DNA from: Macrostomum lignano
Lineage: Eukaryota
Direction of reading: 5' to 3'
Length of the DNA: 64,000 bases
NCBI GenBank assembly: GCA_002269645.1
Contig: NIVC01003116.1
Location: forward strand, 1-64,000
Translations under genes and position numbers: made by a program
Shown: one piece after another, positions 11,301-27,308 of the stretch
How positions within the stretch are numbered: position 1 is the stretch's first letter
Layout: every line of letters starts with the position of its first letter
Notes under the pieces: generated by a model
What the model was told of the DNA's origin: nothing
Databases searched by the model: none
The model's input: the letters and a program-made list of their open reading frames with translations, nothing else

Positions 11301-14300
11301 TAGATATTGGTTGTTCCTATTAGTCGTGACAGAATTGGCCATCTCATTGGAATATAGTCGGTAGATCTGATATAAAAGCTGGGATTAGGACCCAATAATG
11401 ACAAGTGGTATCGAAGGCTGATCGATCCATACTGATTGTGGTAAATAACCAACCTGCATTTGCAATAAAGGCGCCTGTTTGCCTTCCCAGAGCCGCTACC
11501 GCCGCCTACTACGACGCCCTTTTTTGAACCTCCAGCACCACCATCGCCGACTTTCCTCGACAGGCGAGCCTCTTTCAATCGGCGCAGCAGATCTGGCACG
11601 TCTACATTGTCGATGCCGCAGTGCAGGTGGAACTCCGTGACGCCAAATACCTTGACGCAAGTGGAGTCGGCTGTAGTAGAAGAACTGGAAGTGCCGATAT
11701 TTGAACCGGAAGCACCAACTTTAGAGCCGGAAATGCCTACTTTAGAACCGGAAGTGCCGATATTTAAACCGAAAGCACCAACTTTAGAGCCGGAAATGCC
11801 TACTTTAGAACCGGAAGTGCCGATATTTGAACCGGAAGCACCAACTTTAGAGCCGGAAGTACCAACTTTAGAGCCGAAAATGCCGATTTTAGAATCATAA
11901 GTGCCGATTTTTGAACAGGAAGTGCCAACTTTAGAACTGGGAGTACCTTTAGCAAAAGCAAGACTTTGATCAGGAGAACCGGAAGAAACAACAGTCGAAC
12001 AGGAAGTACGAGCGGCAGTTTTAGAAACGTCACCATCTACAGCGGCCAACAACTGCTTAGCAACCAGTCGAGCACGCCGCACCATCAGCAGATTCTGAGG
12101 TGCTAAACGACTAAGATATCGCGCCTCGTATTCGGCTAATTGATCGACAGCCAAGCGCAGATGTCCGACAGTCAAACAGACGCTGTGCACACCCGCTAGA
12201 GTCTCTAATAGGTTGTGCGCCTCGTCAATCACAAGGACGTGACCGCGCAGATTTAATCCGGTTGCTGCTCTTGTGCCCCGATGTAGCAAAGTCTGGTAGG
12301 GTAGCAACAACAGCTGGGCTAGCGGAGCGGCCCGGCGCGCTGCGTAATATGGACAGGCGCGCCGCTCGCGGCCCAATCTGGCCAGATCTTCAATGTCTAA
12401 CGGGGGGCCCCGTAGAGCCTCGCGAGCCAGACTGTCTATGGCGGAGCGTCGATAATAGGGACACCCGCCGCCACCGCCGCAGCCGCCGTCGTCTTTAGCG
12501 ACGCGAGCTCGTTTAGCGGGAGGCGATTTGTCACCTCGATTTTCTTTGCCGGGTTCTGTGAGGAAGAAAAAAAATAAGCCGGAAATCTAGCATTACTACT
12601 TGAATTAGTGGTTATAATGAATAGGAATGAAGCAACAGGTCTTTGTCACTCTATGGGAGTAGGACTGGTGTGAAGCATTAGGTCTTTGTCACTCTATGGG
12701 GGTAGGACTGGTTTGAAACATTAGGTCTTTGTCACTCAGGGAGTAGGACTGGTGTGAAGCATCACGGCTTTGTCATAAAGGTAGATCTTTTCATAAAGAA
12801 TTGGAATGAAGAATGAGCTGTTTGTCACTTTTAGGAAGAAAAGACATGTATGAAACATCAAGTCTTTGTCAATTTAGCGAATCCGAAGAATCTAGTCTTT
12901 GTCCACTTTAAAAAGGAAGACTTCAAATAAATAGACACCCTTTTGACTCGGTTACTTTAATAAAGCAAAACCATGAAGGAAAGTCGCTTCCCCGTTAATT
13001 GACAAGCTTAAGCTTTCACGCACCAGCCTTGTTTCCGGACGATTTCCTTCTCAATTCCAAGCATCTCTCATTAATAAGAGCCGAGGCGCCAAGAGCCGTA
13101 ACATCCGAATTGACGCATAAACAGTTGCGAGCTGCCAGACTAACAGCCGACAGCTTATTGGCATGCACCGTACGACTAAACTCCTTACGAATTTGCGACA
13201 ACTGCGAATGAGTCCTCGAGGCAAACAAAATCTTTGTCGGCTCTACGGCAGTCGATTCTTCGACACTGTCAATTTCTTCGTCAATGCGATCTTCCAAGTC
13301 AGCTTCTTCGTCCGATTCGCCAGATCGAATTTTCTCCAATTTTTGCAAAGCTTTCTCACGCGCTTCTAATTTGGCGCGTTCGGCATCGTTTTGGCGCTGA
13401 CGCTGGCGCTTGGCCGCAAACTCTGCGATCCAAGCGTCGGGCGAAGCGGTGGAGCTGGATTCCACGGAATCCGGATTCAATTCCGCAGTTAAACTTGACA
13501 AGCTGAGCTTCTGTCTGCGAGCATTTAAAGAAGGATTATTAAACTTTTTAATAAAACTCAAACCATTTGTATCGAGAAGTTTAAAATCCAAGAACTAGTG
13601 GCTATTATCTTGGAATAATAATCAACTTATCAGTGCTTATTACAATAACAGTAAGAAATAGCTAGCGTCTCTAGCGACAATACGTAATTGGGGGGGGGGG
13701 GGTACGAGATAGCCTCGGGGTTGACTCACGCCAGTTAAACTCACTCGAATACTTTCTGTACAGTGTACATGTAACTTCTCGCCCAATAATAAATCATGAT
13801 TAAGTTTCCGCAATTGAATTGTCTAGTCGCGGGCATTTTTAAACTATTGACAGGCTTAAAAAATTCTTCAAAAGCTACCAATTTTGCAGTAGCACTTTGA
13901 GAGTGAGTACTCATAGGGGTAATCTTGCGGCAATTTTTTTAAGTCGAGATACGTACGAGACAGTCAATCCATGTTAGTGCTGTATTTAACATAGCACCAA
14001 GTCTCGGTGGGCGAGAAACGCGTTTAGCACACTCTGAGTTAGTGGTCTTTTGGCCATAGACATTCTCAGCTGGTGTGCTTACTGTGCCTTTCAACCACTT
14101 TTCAATACGAGTAGGATAACTAAAACTACAACCTTTATTTTTAGAGGTACATCGTTAACAACACAAAGTTGTTCCAAAATTTGTTGTTTTTATTGTTCTA
14201 GTTACTTCATATCAACTTCCTAGAATACTCTCAGCAACTCAGCAACATTGAAAAGTTTCCACCCTCGCGCCAGCCGTGTATATTTAGAGTTTAAAAACTG

Positions 14301-15830
14301 GTTTTTGTCGCCGGACTTGTGCCATACACGATTGATGATTTCGTCAAAACGCACTTGTGTCATTGATGCTTCATGTGGTGGCGTGGGGAACAGCATCCTC
14401 CAAGACGAAAAACGCCCCACCGCATCGCAAAGCCGCTGTCGCGCATCTGAAGGAGCTGCTGCACCTGCGAACCCTTCGCGCTGGCCGTCCCGATCACCGG
14501 ACATGAATCCCATAGAGCACGTTTGGGATTACCTGAAGCGCTCCATTCGGCACGACAATCCGCCGCAAAACGTTGCCCAACTGCGCGAATCACTGTCTAC
14601 TGCATGGCAACAACTACCGCAAGATTTTCTGCGACGCCTGGTTCTGGGGATGCCCCAGAGAGTGAGCGCTCTGCTGCACGCACGTGGCTGCTATACGCGT
14701 TACTGATCCTGTTCTGGGCAAGTTGTCACCCATGCTCGCGTACTTTGTTTCTTTGCTGTTCCTTTGCTTCGTTCGAATCCGGATTATATATTTGTCTATG
14801 GCTCAAACCACGAATATCTCCACCCACCAAAACGTTGACCCTTTGGGTGGAAACTTTTTAATGTTGCTGAGTGTATATATTTAGTGATCGACAACAGGTT
14901 TTGGAATTTTTCTGTATAATTTCAAGTTGTCTTGATCTTCGTTAAATAAAACTTAGCTTGCGTTCAAGATACTAGCCATTATTTCTTAAAGCCAATTTAA
15001 GTACTTCAAGCAACTGAAAATTTTCACCTCTCATATTCTTCGTTAAGCCAGGTAAGACAAGCGCACAACAAGCTGAGACTTTTTCCTGTTCCGGTTGGCG
15101 ACTCAAAAATTCCTGCTCGTTGACCACCAGAGAGGGTTGCGTGAAGCCGACGCATCAATTGCAATTGGATTGGATAAGGCTCGAAAGGGAAATCGAACTC
15201 ACGACGGGTTGAGTTCGGTACCAACGATTGTGACTGATCAGTATCTGTTTTTAACACAGCTATTTTCTTGTCCGTTGCACTTCTTTCTTCAACAGGAGTC
15301 TTCTCTGTTGCAGTTCTCATACCAACAGGAGTCTTCTCTGTTGCAGTTCTCATACCAGCAGGAGTCTTCTCTGTTGCAGTTCTCATACCAACAGGAGTCT
15401 TCTCTGTTGCAGTTCTCATACCAACAGGAGTCTTCTCTGTTGCAGTTCTCATACCAGCAGGAGTCTTCTCTGTTGCAGTTCTCATACCAACAGGAGTCTT
15501 CTCTGTTGCAGTTCTCATACCAGCAGGAGTCTTCTCTGTTGCAGTTCTCATACCAACAGGAGTCTTCTCTGTTGCAGTTCTCATACCAGCAGGAGTCTTC
15601 TCTGTTGCAGTTCTCATACCAACAGGAGTCTTCTCTGTTGCAGTTCTCATACCAACAGGAGTCTTCTCTGTTGCAGTTCTCATACCAGCAGAAGTCTTCT
15701 CTGTTGCAGTGCTTGTCTCAACAGGTTGCTTTGCTGTTGCACTCTGGATCACCGCATCTAGATCAATGGAAGCAAAAAGTTCGTCTCCCTCGACATCATT
15801 AAAGAATTCATCAATCTTTTCGGCCGTCAT
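8352..15830 (-). CDS. DDX11: DDX11/ChlR1 Fe-S DNA helicase, 6 exons, frame discordance at the end of exon 3
   Basis: Exons 15830-15028, 13514-13024, 12555-11454, 10813-10607, 9770-9328 and 8610-8352. Motifs: [85 protein letters not shown]. Confidence 0.93.
8705..8877 (-). mobile_element. tRNA-derived CORE-SINE-like element (DDX11 intron 5)
   Basis: Minus strand has A box TAGCATAATGG, B box GGTTCGATTCT, then ccttgagcaag..acttaactctgc..tcagttc..ctgtaaaatggg, resembling the MIR CORE domain. A second copy lies at ~43095. Confidence 0.7.
8975..9260. repeat. Purine-rich low-complexity tract (DDX11 intron 5)
   Basis: GA-rich run without a fixed unit. Confidence 0.8.
9825..10495. mobile_element. 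MITE-like element with ~90-bp terminal inverted repeats (DDX11 intron 4)
   Basis: 9825-9914 matches the reverse complement of 10406-10495 (gggatgtgaact..agctccagaatggagctcg..ccagatgacta) with about 4 mismatches. No clear target-site duplication. Confidence 0.8.
10868..11290. repeat. ~20-bp minisatellite (DDX11 intron 3)
   Basis: Unit gggtcataagctgaggattt and variants. Confidence 0.88.
12637..12780. repeat. ~43-bp short tandem repeat (DDX11 intron 2)
   Basis: ggtctttgtcactctatgggagtaggactggtgtgaagcatta, about 3-4 copies. Confidence 0.8.
14228..14873 (+). mobile_element. Internally deleted Tc1-family DNA transposon (DDX11 intron 1)
   Basis: TIR c(a/t)ctcagcaacatt(a/g)aaaagtttccaccc at both ends, flanked by TA. 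Internal frame encodes the transposase C-terminus [16 protein letters not shown]...ARGCYTRY. Confidence 0.9.
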
Positions 15831-16163
15831 CTTGTTTTAATAACTTTTACTAATGGCATCCTAAGGACTTTTATGTTATCCTCTATATGAAAAAAATAAA
15901 TAAGTTAAATGCTGGTGATTATATCACCTTGACGTTTCTTTGTTTAGATCTGAAAAAGTTATTTATCCAATCATTGGTTATAAAAATCAGACTTCATCAG
16001 TGCCAAAAGAACACTAAACTGGCAATACTAAGTTTAATTCAGAGATTTTTCATTTTCTTATTGTGCTCACTAAACTGTATCTTGTGCTTTCTGCTCGAAT
16101 AGCATCGTCTTGACTGAGGCTGTATGGATAAGTATAATAATACGTAATAGAAAATAGATTATA

Positions 16164-16196
16164 GCAGACAGACAGACAGACAGACAGACGGAATGA

Positions 16197-16233
<37 letters not shown>

Positions 16234-16310
16234 GCCATACATACAGACAGACAGACAGACAGACAGACATACATACAGACAGACAGACAGACAGACAGGC
16301 AGACAGCCAT

Positions 16311-16387
<77 letters not shown>
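16164..16387. repeat. (CAGA)n microsatellite between Ku70 and DDX11
   Basis: Direct reading. Confidence 0.95.
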
Positions 16388-16389
<2 letters not shown>

Positions 16390-16736
16390 TACACCCGAAC
16401 AGGTACAACTGCCAGGTACAATGCCAAAAATCTTGCCAATGCTAACTTGGATTACTGATTTTTTAAATTCATTACCTAAATAAGAAAACAGGAATCAATT
16501 TAGCAATAAAGAACAAACGTCATAATAAGAGTGTATTTTGGTATACAGTATCGAAAAAAACACGCAACTTGAACGAGCTAGGTGAATAAAAAATAAAAAA
16601 TAACTACACAAACTAAGATAGAATGTGATTCACTATTTAGTCAGTGAACGGTGCTGAATAAAAAACTAGATAGGACTATTCAAATACGGTAGATGCATAC
16701 TTAAATTGTCAGATCAGTCAATCAAAATATGATTGC

Positions 16737-21281
<4,545 letters not shown>

Positions 21282-21499
21282 GCTTTTGTTACGAATTGAT
21301 TGATTGATTTGACACAAGCTGAAGTGTGACATGGGGTAGCATATTAGCTGACTGATTTTGAGTGACCGTTTATTTAACTGTTACATTGGAGGCTCACACT
21401 GATGGTCACATGAGTGACCGTTTATTTTATGGTCGCATTGGAGGGTCACACTGATGGTTACATAAGGTTACATAAGGTCACATGGTCACATAAGGTTGT

Positions 21500-24400
21500 G
21501 CCCAAGCATGATGTCTAACCTGCCGCACTACTAAGCAGCTGAGAAGTGCTTAGTGACTTGGTGACCCCTGACAACCCCCATTTAGCACTGCACCCTAGAC
21601 AGAGCCCAGCCAATGACCAGGCCCCTATGGCTTAGACTGTTGTTTCAACATCTACACCTGAGGCACTGAATTAGGTCATAGCTATACGAGTATACATTGA
21701 TAGGCCAAATTTGCACTTCACTTTAGCTTCCCCAGGCTAGCTTCATTCCAGCTTTTCAGCAGCCTGGTGCCTTTGCATTTATTTTGGCAAATCTTGCCCT
21801 TGCTTAGCCCTTTTGCCCAACCCAAGAAAGCAATGTTTTTCTGTTTTTAGGAAAGTGTTGTTCATTATAGTAATTAAGTATCACAAGTCAAATTTGCAAT
21901 TTTGCTAATCTCTATTCAAATAAATTAACAAAGAAACAACAAAAATAATGTAATTGTCATTTGATACTTAGGGTAAAGAGTTTCAGAACATTCTTTTTAT
22001 TTTCTAGGTTTTACTATTTGTCATTATCTCATTATCTGTCATTTTCTACCATTTTTTACACTATTTCAAATGTTTTTCTCATTTTTACTCTAATTCTTGA
22101 TATTATCTAAGACCATTTCTTGCTTATTAATTACCTCTATTTGCAATCTACCTAATTTTAGTTGTTTTTCTGACCTATATATTTCTTTTAACTCTTTTTG
22201 ACTTATATACTCTATACATTAGTCTCTGAAACTAAATCCTTAAAAACATGAAATAGATTTTTGAGCAATGCTCTATTTTGAGTTATTCTTTTTTACTTAT
22301 TATTTATGCTGCTAATATAACTTATAGCTTATAACTTTTTTAAGTATAATACTGTCATGGAATTATCCATATACCTTACTAATATTGAACATAATATATT
22401 CTTTACTTTTGAATAAATCTTAAATAAATCTAGAAATATGATTTTAAAAATATAATTTTTTTGCACAGAAATTTCTGCAATATGGTTTTAAAAGAATATT
22501 GTATACAATAAATAAAATAATAAATAAAAAATAATAACATCTTTTCTTTAGTAGCTATTTTTACAAACATGTAATATTATTAATAGTCTATTTAAATGTC
22601 TTCACAAATTTATCATATTATTGCCAAGCAAGAACTTAGCTTTGATAAACCAAGTTATGTTTAGCTATGTAATGTGCTCTTAAGTGTATATGTATATTTA
22701 AGTGATTAAGTAATATATATTTGAAGTTAAATTAGATTATTTGTAAAAGCTAATACTATTGTTCTATTTTTTATATATTTTTCACTTTATAGTATAGTAA
22801 AAATAATTCATTTACTTATTTTTTCATGATAGTCAATAGCAAAGCAAGGGTTATATTTTAGCAAATAAGGTAGCTAAAATGTAAAATATGTGATTAATTT
22901 AATTAATATGCGGATTATTTGTAAGAACAAATTTATGCATATATTTTTAGAACTGTTAGCAGCATGTCTAGCAGCAACCATAATCAACTTAATGACAATC
23001 ATTCAACAAGAAGGCATATAAAAACAAAGTGGTTTGTGACTAATCCTATATTAGAAGTAATATATATGCTTCTGTACTTTTGCTCAAACTCTACTTACAC
23101 AGAATTGAAGTCATATTTATATCTTCTTTTTGGTGACTTTTTATTCTATCAATCTATTTGCTATTGTTTTGTCTAATTATTTATTCATAATCCTTCTAGT
23201 TTGTTTATGAATCTCCCAGTCTTTTTGTCTAGAATATAACATGTTCATCAAGTTCATCAGCCCATAGTTTGGATTATGTATTAATGTACACCAGGTTTAT
23301 TGCTGGAAAAAATGACAAGACCTTGTTTGTACATTAGGTTTGTATGCTAATATAGAAAATTTGTCATTTGACACAATATATTTACTGTATCATGCATGCT
23401 AGGGGGCCTAGGATAGGCCTTATATTATATCCTAATATTTGCTAAGAAATGGTAAGACCCTTATTGTATACTAGTGTGGTAGCCTTAAGTTGTGCCTCTG
23501 TAAATTACACATGCTATTTTCTTTTTATTAATATTTAGTCATGAAGTAAGTTTTCCTAAAATACAAATACTCATTATTAAATGTTATCATTTGTATAACT
23601 ATGTTTGTATCTTTATAAAATTGACACTATTGTTATAATGTATCCGCCATTTTTATAAAGTTTCCTATAAGCAAGAAAATATATGGTAGAAGAGATAACT
23701 TGTGTTTGCTTGGTTTGCCACTTAGCTCCAATACTCCTATCCTGTTTTTGAGCATTAGATGAACAGTTGTGTTAAAAATAGAACTTAGTATTTGTTAGCC
23801 TTCCTTCCTTTTCTTAGAGGAGCGTACAATAGAGACGCACAGCCACTCCTTTCCCTTCCTCCCTGCGAACGTTCCCTAGAACGATCTGAGCCCACCCAAA
23901 CCCCCCTTAGATGTGCAATAATCCCAAGGAGCCCTCTCTACTCTTCCCTAGGCATAGCGATTGCCAAGTCACTGCTGCCCCAACTAATTGTCCCTTAATA
24001 TTAGACGTTTGATTCTGCTACTTAATTCCCAATGAAGCAAACTGGCCTCCCCACCAGCATTCCCTATTAACCACTAGAATTCCCCATTAGTGCACTAGGC
24101 AACTCTAATACACCGCGAAGCCCTTACCTCTCTCATTTATATTTTCTTGGACTGAATAGAAAACTGTGTCTTGCTGCTTGGACACACCACGCCACCAGGA
24201 GCAACCTAAGGCTTACTCCTATTAGTAATAGAATTTGCGTGTTTTTTCCAAATCCCAAGAAATCCCCAAAAATCCCCTGCAATAATTTGATAAAATAAAG
24301 TTAATACCCTCAACCTTTACAACAAATTTAGTGACAACCAGTAGGATTTCAGTAAATAAGAAGAACCCCTGTAACACTAGGAAATCCTAGTAGACATGTT

Positions 24401-25000
24401 GCCATCTAAACTATGGCTTATGGCTATAGGCCTAGTTAGCTCATATTGACTTTAAATATTCTATTATAAATAAAAGATAAAAGATAAATAATACTAGGCC
24501 TAATAGGCCTAGAAATAAAAAATAATATAAAATTATTCTTTTGATAAGTACTAGATTAATAGGAGGCCTACTTTTTTGTATTGTGTTACTATAATTCTAT
24601 ATTTTAAAATTATAATTATATAATAGGCCTAAGACTTATAAATTATAATTGTATAGAAAAATAAAAAGACCAAATGAAGCAAAAGTATATAGAAAGTAAT
24701 CAAAATATTTACAAACAAATAGAATCAGAATTGAAAATCAATATTTGATAAGCCAAGGCAAAGCAAACAAAAGAATATTTACATTGCATAAGCCTAGCGC
24801 CTAGGCTAGGCTATACTAGACCTAGTCTAATGGCAATGCAATTGCAATGCAAAAAATATACATGCATTAATCTAAATGTGATGTGTTACACTTAGTGGTT
24901 ATATAATGCTAACATTAGCTAGGCCAGGACCTCATTCCAGATGAAGACAATTACATTTAGCATTTGCTTTCATTTCTTCACCCCCACCCCAACAAGAGTA
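21500..25000. mobile_element. AT-rich, CpG-depleted, probably transposon-derived relic (family unresolved)
   Basis: I found one CpG between 21689 and 23644 and very few from 24240 to 25000; TA and CTAG are abundant. No decodable ORF. Confidence 0.45.
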
Positions 25001-26359
25001 GGGTAATGGCGATTTAATATGTCCAGATAGTCTTTAAATGTGAATGAGCTAGCATTCTGTGTGATACTCTGTGCCTGTGGAATAGACTAAATACATCTAA
25101 AAGTTTGAAAACGACAATGTCGATTAGTCGATAAGACATTATTAGGCGGAATCATTTACTTAAGAACTTTCAACGAGACAAAAATTTAATTTGCTGCCAA
25201 AAAATTGTGTTATACTGACTAATTGATGTCGTTTAATGCTTGAAGAAAGCTAACCAAAAGAAGATCAAGATGTCCGATTCAAATCGACCTAAGAGCTAAG
25301 ACAAATCAAAATTTAAACATATTGCCTAAATGGCGCTTTGGTGCGATTATAGACAGAAATCATTTCTTACCATCTGCAGCGTGCGCAAATCCACTAGCAG
25401 AGGAAAGGAAATCAAGTGACGTACTAACACTATATAGTCTGCAAAAAGCTTTTAAAGACCCCTAAAAATGGTTCTGTCGAGTCTCTGCAGAAAACGAGTC
25501 AAAGTAGTCCATTTTTTCACTAAATATTTATACCGATACCCAGTACCAGAAAGCATCAAAGTAGGGAAAGTATCGCCGACTGAGAAAAATATTTCTGGGT
25601 TTAATTCCTCCCAGAATGACTAGCTGGACGAGACCATTCAGATTCTTTTATTAATTATACATGTACTCGTACATTTATAAATATTTTTGCCTCTTGCGTT
25701 TGAGAAATGCAATTTACTGTATATATATTATAGCACGCGCGCAGAGGCCGCGCGGGGAGGCCCCTTACGCGTAAAGCAGAACGAGCGGGAGGGGCAGTCA
25801 GCAGGCAGTCTGAGGGCTTGCTACGCGCTGGGCGTGCACTACCCGGAGCGCCTGCCTACCAACGCTCTGATATATGGCCCGCGCTGGAAATTCCGCCCCT
25901 GAGTTAGCACTACCCTGCGCCGGCGCCGTCGTCAGAGATACTGCTGGGCCACTTTACCTACGGACCCTGCGTCGCAAGTGCGCCCCCTCTGATCGATCTA
26001 GCCCTGCGCCATGCTGCACGTCCCGGCCGACCGAGCAATTGCGCCGCGGCCAGGCCCGCACTGCCACTCTAACAGACTGTCTCATCATCGCTGACTTGCA
26101 GGCGCTTGCGCGCTGAATTTATTGCATGCACATACATACAAAATTAGTGAGTACGATTGTGTATATCACTCAACTACGTGCCTGCACAAGCACTATACAA
26201 GTCCTTGCACACAGGGGCGTCGCCACCAGAGGGGACAGGGGACATGGTCTCCCTGGGGGGGGGGGGGGAAGGGGGCATGCCAATTCTTTGTTCCCCCAAT
26301 GCACCTTGAGGTCCGTTATGGAGGAAATCAATAATTTTGCTTCAGGGTGACAAAATGTA

Positions 26360-26682
26360 GCGCCTGCGGCGCTGAAATGAGTGCCTGCGGCGCCAAAGTG
26401 AGTGCCTGCGGCGCTAAAATTAGTGCCTGTGGCGCTAAAATGAGTGCCTGTGGCGTTAAAATGAGTGCCTGCGGCGCTAAAATGAGTGCCTGCGGCGCTA
26501 AAATGAGTGCCTGTGACGCTAAAATGAGTGCCTGTGGCGCTAAAATGAGTGCCTGCGGCGCTAGAATGAGTGCCTGCGGCGCTAAAATGAGTGCCTGCGG
26601 CGCTAAAATGAGTGCCTGCGGCGCTAAAATGAGTGCCTGTGGCGCTAAAATGAGTGCCTGCGGCGCTAAAATGAGTGCCTGT
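26360..26682. repeat. 21-bp minisatellite
   Basis: Unit gcctg(c/t)ggcgctaaaatgagt, about 15 copies. Confidence 0.93.
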
Positions 26683-27308
26683 AATGACACGCCAGCTACA
26701 TGTATTTAAATCAAAAAGCATCATAGCAATTTTTGTATTGAAAAAAATTAAAACGTCCATTCTCTGTAATGTATACTGTATTTTTTTATAAAACCTCCTG
26801 CAGAGACGTCAAAATTCCCGTCCTTCAATTCGAGTAGCTTCAATAGTAATTATTGGCGCCGAAATTAAATTTAAAAACGTACTTGAGTCACATGCACTTG
26901 TATAGAAGATAGAAAATATAAGAAAAGCTAATTATTGCAATGGCCTCTTAAATTTGAGCTCAAACAAGACTAGCACGCCATGCATTGTGTGTGTGTGTGT
27001 GGGTGGATGGAGTTGAGAAGCATTGGCAGATGTGCGGGGTTGCTGCTCACGTACGCTTGAAAGTAGAAATCTCTTAGTTGCATCGCAACTAAAGAAAGCG
27101 TATACACTGTACACAGCTTGTACAGTAAAGCCGCACAGACTCCTCTATTCCTTCACATTTTTCTTTTTCTTCACCTTTGGTCTTGCATGGCAACGGACAA
27201 AAGCAAATCGAAGAAGAGCGACGTCGCCGTTAAATTGGGTTAATTATTTTATTAAAATAAAAGTCACTCTAAAGCGGCTTTGACTAACTTACTGTTGAAT
27301 AAATACAA

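Noticed and set aside
13515-13594. Apparent phase conflict at DDX11 exon 2 (ORF-track start 13591)
   Set aside because: Resolved by the acceptor gctcgcag| at 13514, which gives an in-frame join.
25687-26116. GC-rich ORFs upstream of ankyrin A as a separate gene
   Set aside because: Short, with no recognisable domain or convincing splice partners; more likely promoter-like or TE-derived sequence.
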